Below are positions 27,600 to 41,200 of a DNA stretch of 64,000 bases, one piece after another. Source of the DNA: Pecten maximus (Eukaryota); NCBI RefSeq assembly GCF_902652985.1, contig NC_047021.1:28334001-28398000 (forward strand), written 5' to 3'. How positions within the stretch are numbered: the stretch's first letter is position 1; every line of letters starts with the position of its first letter. The notes beneath the pieces were generated by a model. The model worked only from the letters and a program-made list of their open reading frames with translations. It ran no database searches and was not told where the DNA came from. The translations under genes and the position numbers were made by a program.

Positions 27600-29814
27600 T
27601 TTATTTTGAGGACATATTGAAACAATACAAGTCTCATTTGTATCATTACCATTAATTTCATTCGACGAACATTATTCATTTTGATTCGCGATGGTGATTT
27701 ATATTTATATAATTCTCTAGGTTCAAAATCACAAAATCCTCAAAATAGCCAAGCTAGTTTTTATTTCTCCCTCTGAAAAGCAAACAACAAATCCAACATG
27801 AAATTAAATTAAGTGTTCACTATAAAGCACACTAATATATAAACTGCAGTACTGATTTTATAGAATTAACACTTGATTTTGTAATGATTGTCATTCTTAG
27901 TTATTGTCATACTGTACCGTTATTATGTGTTTGTGATGTGCGAGAAAATCTAAATGGATGCCTAACTTGTCTTTAATTATATGTTCTATACGCTGTTGTT
28001 TTCTAAAATAAAGGTACTGTATGGTATTCTACAATATACTGTATTGTTTTCAGAACTGTATGTAATCTGTTGTGTTTAGAAATTCTTAAATATATGAACT
28101 GTATAGTTTTTTTCTGTATGTTCTTTTTTTGTTTTCTTCATATAATCTATTGTCAATTGTATGTACTGTATTCTTTTTCTTTAAGTCTATTAAGTATATA
28201 ATTTATTGTTTTGGTCTAATGCTGTTCAACATACATTCATAAGGACGGTGATTTTATGATAGTTGTATCGTATGCCGTTCACTTCGCTCTTAGGAGTACC
28301 AGAATTTATTATGAAATAAAACGTTCTCCGTATTATAATGACATATATTAATATGTAACGGTTTCTATTAGTTTTATTTGCATTAATAAACTTTTATACG
28401 CTGACATGATCTATTTTATGGATACTGGATCATGTGTTGTCAGCAAATTGATTTTTTTTATTGATAAATGTATTATTAAAAAATCGAAATCCCTACTCAT
28501 TACACGACGTCCCCAGTATACAAATATTTATGTCTCACATGAGTGAATTTGATTATAATAAATTCGTAAAACAGCTTCATTAAATCCTGACAATATGACA
28601 TGAATTTCGGATTATTTTTTTATAAGATATCCGTGTTGATATTGTTTCTTATCACAGTCGGTTTACAATGAATTGGTGTTTAAAGCAAATAGCTGAATCA
28701 GCTGCAAAGGTTATATAACATGTACGAAGAAGTCAGTCAAATGATCCACACATATATTTCACCTGTGTATGTAGACTTGTATAGAAGACGGTGGTAACAG
28801 AAATTATCAACTGTAAACATAACCTACACGACATGTTAACATAATTATAGTTCTAAACTCAAAACCGATGAGACGAATAGGAAATTTGATCCAAAAAAAA
28901 TTAAAAGCATTGAAAATTGTTCTAGGCGATAAGCTTCATGGACAACATTCGCCATGTAAATTTGGATCAAATATTGGCATCATAATAAGTCTCAAAATGT
29001 CAACAAAACTACATTTATGTGTACTTTAGGAATATGAACAAGCATCGAACACGCAGCACTATATATATCACCCAAGGAGTACAGAATTCAATACCATTCG
29101 GAAACAAAAAACATGCTACGAGAGTCGTAAATGCATGTTTGCTTAATTTGCGTCTTTGAAGGGCAGGTAAGCGTCAAGAATTAGACGTCGAGACTACAAT
29201 TGGATTTAATCTACAACTATGCTTCATTTGTCAGACAGAAACTATGGATTTTTTTCATATTTATGTAATTATCACTTCAGCGTTAGTAATTGAATAGCGC
29301 ATTTGACCTTCTACAATAATAATAATGTATGTAAAATGAGCATAGGAGCCTTCAGCACATCAAGATACACTATGAAGAATTTCTACTTATCAACACTCCG
29401 GTCAAGTATGGTATACCTGGTCGTCGTGTTATTCGATAAGGACTTTCTAATCAAGAACCTATTTTTAATGTGTTATCTTTAACTCGTTGTATTTTCCCAT
29501 TCGATATTATTTAACAACATATTCCTGAAAATTAGAAATTACTTGAACATGTTTTAAACCAATGTCAAATCCACTTTCGGATAATTGTCCCAAATTGATA
29601 AAACTTGTTCATGAAAGGTTAGTAATTCCCAGAAAAAGATTCAACGAGTAAACTTTTAATAGCGTGGGTATTCAATTTGCAATTACCGCGCGGCCATTAG
29701 GCTATGGTTGCTTTCTTACCACGATCCATGGTATATAGATGATGTGAATGAGCCAACCTAGGTTAATGACTTCATAGGCAAACTTTTGCAATACGAATTC
29801 TGATTCTCTGAAAC

Positions 29815-29846
29815 CAGAGACCTATATACTAGTATATAGGTCTCTG
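29815..29846. mobile_element. 32-bp perfect palindromic insertion with 7-bp TSD (copy 1)
   Basis: CAGAGACCTATATACTAGTATATAGGTCTCTG flanked by CTGAAAC at 29808-29814 and 29847-29853. Confidence 0.85.
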
Positions 29847-31077
29847 CTGAAACTCATTAAATTCAATTTTAAACAATGTGTGTTATTTAAACAAATTATG
29901 AATCCCCTACAGTATTAACGAAAAAAACGCAAGCTTAATTTACGCACAACTTCCAAAAGCATAAGTTCGGAACAATTTTGACGCGCAAGGAAACCATACG
30001 CGCAGATACGTACATTGTATATCACAGCTCGGGGATATATACGCCAACTCGCAAGTAATTATCGGCGCGTGACGATTAGAAGGCCAGAAAAAGCACGGAC
30101 ACCGCCGGTACCTGTGATGCTGTGACAGAGGTGACGAGCGAGTGGACCGTAATATCACACCTTGTTATTGTTTAGCGGTATACTTACCCACTCGCAGTCG
30201 TGTACACGTAATTGTCCCAACATGGTTGTAATCATGTGTTTAAGGCTTGTTTGAAGAGAAGAGGATTCAGTCACTTCATGATAATTTAACAAAACACATA
30301 CCCGTTTTTCATTGTGAGATGTTTACATGGTAGTTTAACCAGTTTTAAGTGTTTGTTATAGTTCCTCATGATTGACCAAACTGTCTTTTTCGTGTTACAC
30401 TAGCAAATGTGTTGAATTAACTTTAAACATGTGCTTCCAGGAGAGTGAGGTCATGGGTTATAAGACACTTCAACCATTTGATATTTAGCTAACCATCAAG
30501 GGTAATTTAGTGCCCTGTATCGTATAAATATTTCGATTCATACATTTCATTGGATTATTTTCTCGTATGCCAATTGTTAATAAATTTGTTGCGAAGCATT
30601 TTATATAATTTCGCTGACAATCTTTCTCAAGCAGTTAATCGTCGGTAAGCCACGAGGCCATGACATGTATATAAAAAAAGCAGTCAGTATCTGGGTTTTA
30701 TACAACGGGAGAGAAAGTCGATGTCACCACGCAATTTGTCATAACGGCGCAATTTGTAATAAAAAAATCAAAGTCTTTTTTTTTACCAGGTCAGTTGTCA
30801 TCAGATGGAAAGCTTATCTTCACTTGATATATGTTTCAACCTTATTCTATTGGGAAAATACTCATTTATTACTAATAGTGACATTTGAAAAGTTATTACT
30901 AATTGCGTGGTGACAAGTCATGTATGTTTATTTGAATATAAATTTGTGAATAAAATGGCACATTATCAACAAATTGTTGATGTCGTGTTCTTTTTCATTT
31001 GAATAAGTAAGAAATGGTAAGCACGTAACTATACATTTATTGGTGATCGGTCGATTACTAGATCGTGCAAAACATAC

Positions 31078-31289
31078 CAGTCTGTGTTATCCAAGCGGTC
31101 ATTTTCAGAGTCCGTTTCACGAAGATCTAATTATCTAATTCTTAGACTTAAACTGATATGTTTGGATTCCATATTGTTGTGGGCAATCTTCGCCAAAGTC
31201 ATCAACCCCAAAACTCACGTCCATATCGCATCCAGTCATGTATCTGTGTTGCTACTGCTCACACTGTCGTCTGTTTTGCTGGTCGCCAT
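31078..31289 (-). pseudogene. Decayed first exon of a P2X7-ballast-like (KolX-like) gene, probable Kolobok remnant
   Basis: ATG at 31289, acidic/Ser-rich leader, YGIQTYQFKS (cf. GIQPYQFEP), then ENDRLDNTDW split by a TG|GTATGT donor. Interrupted by stops and frameshifts. Confidence 0.45.
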
Positions 31290-33355
31290 TACAGTTCACT
31301 CAATTAAACCTCTGACGTCAAAGACCGAAGAGTCCCACACAAGCAGTCGACCGACAGGTGCAAATCGCGTACTTCGATGTGCGATATCTCGGCACTCGGT
31401 CAACCGATTTTGATGCGGTTTGCGGCATTCTTTTTTTGGCAAATCGTTTTTCGTTCCAGGTACACTTTAGGTATACATGTCATGTCAATTATGCAATAAT
31501 ACGTACATCTACTTAAATCCTCACTTTCACCGTTATACAGCGCGAACCACCTGTATGCTTTGTTGCGACTACAGGTATCATTTGTGATCATGTTTGCAGA
31601 TGTTTTTTCTTCATTTTAATTTCTATTCTGTCCGCGCATGTTTCTTTTTTTTTTTTTTTTTTACAATTTTTCATTTAATACAATGTAAACATCTTTCTAT
31701 AGCATGGCAATCTGGTACTTCGAAACTGTTTGAACCAATCTATGTATGTTTTGTTAATTTTAACGCAAACTTCGATGCAGTTCCAATGAACTCAAAATAT
31801 TTACCTTGGTGTAAAATTTAACAGGGTGTGCCATTGATCAGCAAAAACATGCACATGTCTGATAAACCACGGAAGAGATGAAAGAACCCGGATAGTGTTC
31901 ACCAAGGCTGGAGTGCCGTTTAAGTTTGTGTTTTGATACCTCATTTTCCCTCTCCACAATTGAACCTTTCAGCGGATGTTTATGTCAAAACCTATTGTCT
32001 TGTTTACGCGTCACACATGTTATTCCCAACTGAAATGATTGAGATAATTGAAGTATTTTAGCGAAATTTAATCTGGAACATTTAACAAATGGCACTTTTA
32101 TGTGCGTCCAAATTTATATAGCAACACATCCGTACACGCGTGAAATTGATATGATATTAGATTTGACATTTTAAGCAGACAATTGATGCCGTAACCTCGA
32201 AGCCCATCCCCTTGTTAGTGATAAGGGAGGCTTCTATTTTGTAACAAGGGAATCCTTTTTTCAAAGTAACTTCATGTTTTCACTTTGATGTAGGTGATGC
32301 TAACATGGTATCGTTTCTATCATAGATCACAGATAACAAAATCATATCAAACAATAAGATTAATTTTAAAAACTTTTGCAAAACCTGGAATGTTATTTGG
32401 AATGTTGCTCCTCTGTAATAGAATATCAACTTCCGGTCAGAAGATGTGTGTTAGTTGAAATAGGGTCTAGTTTAGGATTACGAAAGAAGTCAGAAATATT
32501 CAACCTTCTCTCGAACTGAAAAGAAGTTATAACCAGTTACGCGTCGATGTGGTAAGAAGAAACGAAATGATATAGATGTAACTTGTATTACATTATCAAA
32601 ACTTGTAAGGAAATACAAAAACAACATTTTACCGGCTCATGTGATCATAAGTCTCCACTTCTTCTTGATGTGTTTGTCGTTTACATAATAGATCGTGTGT
32701 CTCCTAGACACTTCATCAAGCTGTAGGCTTAACCGACATAAAAAATTAATGGAAACACTTGAAGAAGTATGTTCTGATTGCAACTTGAAGATTCCGTCAG
32801 TGCCCATAAAATGTCTTAAGATTATAGAAACAATGCAATGCGTGTTTCTTGAGCATGCATTTTTTTTCAGGAAAATGAATCAAAATCAATATGCATGTAA
32901 ACTAAACATAATGGGTTATTCATCAGTGAAGTGGTTTTCCTTTAATGCATTTAGAATGATTGCTAAATAATAGATAATGCATAATTCTTTATTGTTCTTT
33001 AAAAAAAATAGCATATTGAAGTAATAACTTAAAGGAGAAAATATATGAAAAGAGGCATTTATTTTTCACACAGTAATATTTCGCCAGACAGTCGTAAACA
33101 TCAGTTGAAATTTTTTTTCTTTACAATCCACTTGAAATTCTGTAACAAACACAAAACATATCGCAATTAATATTGACTGAAACTTACTTAAAAAGACTAA
33201 TATCTTAAGCTGCTAATTGTCATCAGACATCAAATGGATGTCAATTGTCTGGTGATGGATAATCAACATGATTTATCATCTTATATAATACCGGGGAAAT
33301 TATTATGATTACAATTAATTTCTAATTAATTGTCGCCAACCTTAAGTACTTACAA

Positions 33356-36049
33356 TTATAGTGAACATCCATAGGCTCCATTAATACCAGCAAGCTGATC
33401 AGCTGTCAAATTTTCATAAAACTCGGTCAAGCCACATCCATTCACCTCGTATTTCTCAATATCAGATGGATATACGTACCCTATAAAAATGAATTGTCTA
33501 AATTGACCAATACTACAACTATCAAATACATTTCTGACGTAATTACTTCTTCTTGATTTATTGTCGTATTTATAAATAACATTTCTTGTGAAGAAATTAA
33601 ACAAAAAATATGTTACATATTACATTTGCATTTTACTTTGACAAACATGTACATTAGTTTTATATCTAATGGTGATAACAGAAATATTCAATAATTACTA
33701 ATAGAAGAAACACACATTTAATATGTAAATACATGTATAACCAAGAGATAACATAACTGAAACTTTTTTTTAAGTTTAAGTGCACTGATTTGAAATCTTG
33801 TAAGGGATATTAACAGACCAAAGGCATTAATGCAGACCTTGTAGACGAAACTATAAGCGAAATAAAACTTGCATCGACGAATAAAGTAATTAAGAGTTGT
33901 GGCTATGTTATTACATCTGACATCAAGTCATGAATCGTTCCAGCCTTCGGCTAAAACACAGCAACAGTCCGATATCCCATTTCACATCTATATATATAAA
34001 CTAGGCAGGTAATTAATAGAACCAGTCCAAAATGACAGGTGGATAATAGAACTAGTTCAAAAAATGACAGGTGGTTCATTATCTATATTCAAATATCTGC
34101 ATATAATTATGAAAGTACTGGTCATGCGTTATCCAAACATTTTACAATATTTAACACAATATTAATATTTAAATCGGATGCTAACAACAACAGCAATAAC
34201 AACAACAACGACGACAACAACAACAACAACAACGACGACAGCAACCGAGGACAATTTTGATCCATGTGAAAGTGTTGCTTTTGCAAAGAAATATCACGGA
34301 ATACAATATCGTATACATTTGTATATAAGTAAGGGTACATTTAGCACAGATTTTTGTGGGAAATGGTCCGCCTATAGTAACTATGTCAGGACTTACTGAA
34401 TTTATTAATGAAATGCTGTTTTTAAACATAAATACCTTTTGTTGGTTTAACTGAAAAGAAATAAACTTATAAAACTATAACCTAATAAAACATTAAACAT
34501 TTGACATAGCTGCTTGAATTATATAGAGTTTGTGTAAATTAAGGGTAAATTAATGTTGCTACCAATATAAAGAAAAGTAAAAATATATGGTAGACTTAGC
34601 AGACCTCCAATGATGTAATCACGGCCCTCTGTCAGAGTCATCCCACACATTGAAGACTGATACGGCACCGAAATGGTAAGACTGTCTCCAATAGTCTCAT
34701 CTGATGGCTCCTACAACGACAAACAGACAAATAGTCTCACCTAATGGATTCTATAACGACAACCCGACAAATAAGTCTTATCTGGTGGCTCCTATAACGA
34801 CAAACCAACAAATAGTCTTATCTGATGGATTCTACATCGACAAACCAACAAATAGTCTTATCTGATGGCTCCTATAACGACAAACCGACAAATAGTCTTA
34901 TCTGATGGATTCTACATCGACAAACCGACAAAACTAAATGATAGTTCTACACGGAAAAATATACACTTGCTTTTAAAGATGCAATTTTCAGGTAAGATTA
35001 TATTAAATTGTATTTATTTGATCAAGTATTATCATTTTACCGTATCGTTTAAGTCAAAACATATTACTACAATTGCCAATATAAAATGTCCATTTACAAA
35101 CATATTATAATATCAACATAATACAGATTTCTGTGCTATACTTACCCTATACACCTGTTCAACTCTAACCGTGTAACGAGTATATACTCTTTCAAAGTCA
35201 TTCCACACCTCATCACCAGATTCCACGATGCCTCTTATTGCTAAAGAAAGAATAAACGAAGTCATTCTTTAGATTACAAAGGGTTACCATTACATGCGAA
35301 GAAACTATCAAAGGATATTTTTAATTTTCCCAAATTTAAGACGTCGCTGCATAAGATTTATTCATAGACACGATTCATTAAGTCGTTTGATTTTTTTTCG
35401 ATAAAGAATTAGAAATCGTTATAAAACTAACATCAAAATAGATGGTAAATCAGCAACTATATGATGTATGATGCCAGGATGCAAAGTGTATTTGTATCAG
35501 GCTACAAATCATATTTTGGAGACGAAGCCCAATTAAATGAATTAAATGAGAAATGAGTAGTCAAGCCTTTTTGGCAACTAAAGTATTCTTACGGCAGGGA
35601 GGGAAATCACTTCATCAAAGACAATGTGGCAATATTCTCCCTCTTTTGTATAAAACGCATGCATAAGATTGCCCTGCCTCTTAAACGAGATAAGTCTTTC
35701 ACTAAAGTATACGTGTGGAAAAACCAACATATGTATATGTATATACATATCTGTAACAACTCTTCCACTCAAAAAAAATAAAAAAAAAATAAAAATTAAA
35801 CAATTCATGCCATTTCTTCATTATTTTTATTCTCACTAATTCGGATACGTACTACTTACTTACATTTTGTAATTGCGTTAACATGGATATAAATTTAGAA
35901 TTATCTAAAAACAAAGGAAACTTGCCAAAAGGTGATTCACAAAACTGGTCCCGAAAAGGTGCCGGAGGACAGTAACAACATTTGGTGATGTCCACGGTTA
36001 CTAGCAGAACCAGCAACGGGGTAAGGATCATCGACTTTCTCAATCCCAT
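33356..36049 (-). CDS. TIMP-like metalloproteinase inhibitor, N-terminal (NTR) domain only, 149 aa, 4 coding exons
   Basis: Exons 36049-35926 (GC donor), 35240-35146, 34710-34605 and 33480-33356; 450 nt in frame. Signal peptide, then CYCPPAPFRDQFCESPFAIRG...YTVRVEQVYR...SSMCG...GRDYIIGG...NGCG...ENLTADQLAGINGAYGCSL*, which has the six N-TIMP cysteines. Confidence 0.85.
34183..34245. repeat. (AAC/GAC)n microsatellite in the last TIMP intron
   Basis: Seen directly. Confidence 0.95.
34690..34930. repeat. ~40-bp minisatellite (6 units) overlapping the TIMP exon-3 acceptor
   Basis: Unit about AATAGTCTTATCTGATGGCTCCTATAACGACAAACCGACA. The lowest-coordinate unit includes the first 7 codons of the exon and its AG. 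Confidence 0.9.
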
Positions 36050-37127
36050 TTTACCTAAAATGTGTAAAGATTTACAAAACATTAGTATGATACAAACACA
36101 ATGTAACCCATTACACTAGCTTTGCTATTCTGCGCATGCGTCTCAAAAAGATTCCATTAAATCTAAACTTTATCATTTCCTATTGACACTATTGAAAAAA
36201 CAAGAGTAAAGTTATCTAATCAATTAAAAAAACATTGATATTAATGCCTATATGTTGATATAGTTTGTATCGTTAGCAACATAGCTGAACCAAACAAAAT
36301 GACCCTTACTGAAAACTGTCATTGTTTTACTAACCCCTAATTTCTTATATTCAAAGTTTTCAATTTTGATCGCAACAGGGAACAAAGGACTGCATATATA
36401 CATATATTCAATGTAATATTAGCTTAGCATTCTTCGTGCTGAAACCATTTAGAGTAAATATCATTGTGCTAATTACATTAACCATGTGCCACTTTAATAG
36501 CAAATCAAAAAAATCATTTTTGGTGTGCAAAAAAAGCATTGCGCTAATCTCTAAGTATACTAATACATTTTGATATGTCTAAATAGATACAGTATAATGC
36601 ATGTCGATCAAAAATACCTTTTCTGGTCTAGTCCTGACTCCCGGCTGCTAGGTGATAAGGGTAAGGCTGTTATTTCAAATAATGATGGTACGTCCTATCG
36701 GACGTGGTTATATTAGCATTAAAACTAACCAATATCAATCATTACGACACGAGATTATTCAAAGCCATTCACGTAGTCGGATGTAACATATGTTTCGATA
36801 TGTCACATTATCAATGACATTTTGGCTTTTGTTGCCTGTATCATAAAAAAAATGATATTCAAACATTAATTTCCCTTTTTGGGTATTTATGAAAAGGTCT
36901 AGTAAAAAACCAATACACGTACGTTTTCAATTACATATATATAACGAAATCTCATTTAGTATGAAACTTTAACAATAAACTTCTTAAATTAATTCAATAT
37001 CACATGAACCCTCCTGTTACATCATGTGTGCTATATGATGCGTTATATTTAGAGCAACTTATGTGTTTACCCAAGCATACCCTACCTGCATTGTTGAAAC
37101 CTACCTGATGTAAATTATCGAATCCTC

Positions 37128-37497
37128 ATATGAAATATGTCTTAAATATAGTTTATTTTTCAAGTTAATGTATTGCTTCCCGCTTACAGTACTAGCAACC
37201 GTCACGTTGTAGCCGGTGTTCAATTGTATATATAGGGGTGTGTGGCGGTGTGTGAGCGCATACATAAGGTCCTCACGTGTACAAATTCATGTCGTCCTGC
37301 TTACATGTATATAGAATATGAAATATGTCTTATATATAGTTTATTTTTTAAGTTAATGTATTGTTTCCCGCTTACAGTACTAGCGACTGTTACGTTGTAG
37401 CCGGTGTTCAATCGTAAATAATATATGTGATGATGTGTGAGCACATACATAAGGTCCTCACGTGTACAAATTCATGTCTCCATGCTTACATGTATAC
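37128..37497. repeat. Tandem duplication of about 187 bp upstream of TIMP
   Basis: ATATGAAATATGTCTT...CCCGCTTACAGTACTAGC...GTCCTCACGTGTACAAATTCATGTC occurs twice in succession. Confidence 0.9.
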
Positions 37498-38296
37498 AAT
37501 TGTATGGATACAATATGGTCGGTAAATTCCGACTATGTAAATACATTTATGTGTGATCAATGTAGATATCATACTGGATATTATTATTATTTTATTTTTT
37601 TTTTTATTTTTTTTTATTTTTTTAAATTTTGTTGTTGTTGTAAAAGTAATATTTCATGTAGAGTTGTAGTTCGAAATCTTGATAGTTTTGTTATTTGGAT
37701 CTTTCACTTATTCAACTCAATTATTCATGGTTTTATATTCTATCTGTAGTGTAAACCGTTCAAAAGAAGCATACTTTTAGCCAAAATCAGTACTTATAAC
37801 ATATAAACCACAATATAGTAGACATGAGACCATTATGTTCCCTACATACATGTATATATAATAATCTTTTACATTGCAACTGTTTAGTAGCTTATACCTT
37901 TCATATATAATATATATATATATCTTATTCATTAGATATCATGTTCATCATATATATTTAGTATACAAGTGATTGTTGTAATCAATATATTCTGTATAAA
38001 TAATGAACTTATCTATACAATATCCATAGTACATCTGTATCAATACATATAATATAAATACCCACCACTCAATCCCGATACTCAATCGAGTATATGCTGA
38101 AAATAAGCTGTAATTTACCTGTATTATTTTATCCTCTTTTCTGTCTTCCTCTTTCTAAAGCATTCATTCTGTTCTTTCTCCTCTATATATTCTCCTTACT
38201 CGACTCCCCGTCCTTCCCAAGATGTACGTGCGCACACCGGCTATCACCTACGGCAGACCTCCTTAACTTCTTTGAGATTTTCACCTTTGACCCTCC

Positions 38297-41200
38297 ATGA
38301 CGGGTAATGATGTTTGCGCTTGGAGGGCTGCCATAGGATGCTTCTATTGTAAGTTGTCTTGTATTCCAGTCACCTTTGTTTTCAACAATGACTTCTTCAG
38401 AGTTTTTAAAAGAGTTATCTGCAATCTCAACTGTCTTCATAGGATCTATATTTTATTACTGCAGTTGTCCCACTACGTCCAGCATCCGTTTAACGCAACC
38501 TTGATAATTTTATTAATAGCTGGGGATATCCACCCAAACCCAGGACCCAATTCTGAAAATTCGGTCTCCAGTGTCCTTAGTTTGCTCCATCTAAACATTC
38601 GTAGTTTGCGTAACAAGGTTCAATATTTGAGTTCTTTGATAGACGACATTGATATAGTATGTATAACTGAGACCCATCTCGACAACTCTATCCCCAACTC
38701 TGCAATACAAATCGATGGTTTTTCGGAACCCTTTCGCAAAGATCGTAACATGTTTGGGGGAGGTGTTGCCCTATACTTTTCTGAAACACTTGTAGCTAAA
38801 CGGAGAATTGATCTCGAATTTGGTCATGATGAAATGATATGGTCTCAAATCAAATTACGTAATACTTTGTATCTAATCTGTAACGTATACAGGCCACCCT
38901 CTTATAGTGGCGCTGGTTTGTGGCATCATTTACGACATTCCATTGAAAAAGCACTCGAAGAAACGCCCAATCTATTAATTACAGGTGATTTAAATATTGA
39001 TTTTCTTAAACCCATCAGAGGTGATCTATGTGATATTTTGTCCAATTATAATTTAACCAACGTCATTACCGAACCCACTAGACAAACCGATACCTCCTCA
39101 ACCCTTCTTGACCCTATCATTGTAAGTGATACTGTAAATGTAATTTTTTCCGGTGTTATTGACATTGAGCGAACTATAAGTGACCATGATGCCGTTTTCG
39201 CAATTATAAACATTCCTGTTAAAATCAAACATTATTTTAAAAGAAAAGTGTGGCTGTATAATAAAACTGATATTAATAAGTTAAAAGGAATGATAAACAG
39301 TATTCCCTGGATTGACACTTTTACCAATCTTTCAAATGTTAATGAAATGTGTAATTTCTTTACTGAAAAATTCCATGATGCTATTGATAAATGTTTACCA
39401 TCCAAAGAAATACTAGTACGCGACAGTGATAAACCGTGGATGAATGGAATGGTTAGACGTAATATAAGGAAAAGAGACAGACTTAAAAAAATAATGTTTA
39501 ATAATAATTCAGAGTCCAATAAGAATAAATACAAACATATGAGGAATAAAGTAAATAATATGATAAAGAGGGCTAAAGAAATATTTTATGAAAACATTAA
39601 CACAGTTATAGACAATAGTAAAAACAACCCAAAAGTGTATTGGAAACTTCTGGGAAACCTTATCAGAGGTAAAAAAAAACACAGATATATCTCCCCTACT
39701 TGATAGTACTACAAATGAAATTATATATGACAACAATAGGAAATGTGAACTGTTGAATAATTATTTTAGCTCTGTGTGTACCCAGTCAGAAAATGTCATA
39801 GATAAAGAATTACCCTTTTTTGAAAAGAGGACAGATTCTATTTTATCAGAAATACATATAGTTTCCAGTGAAGTTGAAGACATTATAAAAATTCTAGATG
39901 TTAAAAAAGCGTCAGGTCCTGACGGTATTAGCCACAGAATGCTACAATTACTTTCAAGTGAAATTTCTATACCACTTTCTTTTATATTCAATTATTCTTT
40001 GTCATCTTGTATATTTCCTGAGAGCTGGAAAATTGCTCATGTCATGCCTATATTTAAGGCCAATGATGCAAGCATTGTCTCCAATTACAGACCTATCTCT
40101 CTGCTAAGTTGTATAGGTAAACTTTTTGAGCGTGTAGTATATAAGCATATCTACAATTTTTTAATCGAAAACGACCTTATTTATAAGTATCAGTCTGGAT
40201 TCCTACCAAATCACTCCACAACACATCAACTTATTGAAATATATCATTCAGTCATTTCTTCCTTAGAAAATTATGAACATTCTATCTTAATTTTTTGTGA
40301 TTTTTCTAAGGCATTTGACCGCGTGTGGCACAAAGGCCTCTTACATAAACTCGACAATTATGGTATCTCTGGACCTCTTCTTCGTTGGGTGGCTAGTTAT
40401 CTTTCAAAAAGAAAGCAAGCTGTATTTATCAATGATTCACTTTCCTCTTTTAAGCCTATAAATGCTGGTGTCCCCCAAGGGTCAGTTCTTGGTCCACTTT
40501 TCTTTCTACTATACATAAATGATATTTCCTGTAATCTTTCATCTCTATCTAGGCTTTTCGCTGACGATACTTCTCTATCCTACGCGTCATATGACCTCAA
40601 CCTTATTGAGACGGAGGCTAAACGGGACTTATTAAAACTTGAAATTTGGTCCAATGAATGGCTTATGTCCTTTAATCCTAATAAAACCGAGGCCCTCGTA
40701 ATATCAACTAGACAACTTCCTTTTGTTCCGTCCTTTACATTCGACAATACCCCGATTAAAATAACAAACCACCATAAACACCTAGGAGTCATTCTTTCTG
40801 ATGATTGTAAGTGGAACGTACATGTAGAATCTATAGTCAATAAAGTAACTAAATATATAGCCACCCTCCGTAAGTTAAAACTTATCTTAAACAGGAACAC
40901 ATTAGAAAAAATGTACCTTACATATATACGACCATTACTTGAATATGCATGTGAAGTATGGGACAACTGCGGTACAACAAACTCATTGTTATTAGAAAAG
41001 ATAAATCTAGAGGCCGCAAGAATAGTCACAGGGCTGCCCATATTCACAAAAAAAAGAGTTCTTATATCTGGAAACCGGTTGGTTACCCCTTTCGAAGAGA
41101 AGAGATGCTCGGAAACTTTCCTTATTCTATTCTATAGTAAATAATCTGGCACCTACTTTTCTTATCGACCTACTACCAATGTATATTGGCAACATAGCTC

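Noticed and set aside
34122-34429. Poly-Thr/Asn/Leu/Cys ORFs
   Set aside because: Translations of the (AAC)n microsatellite.
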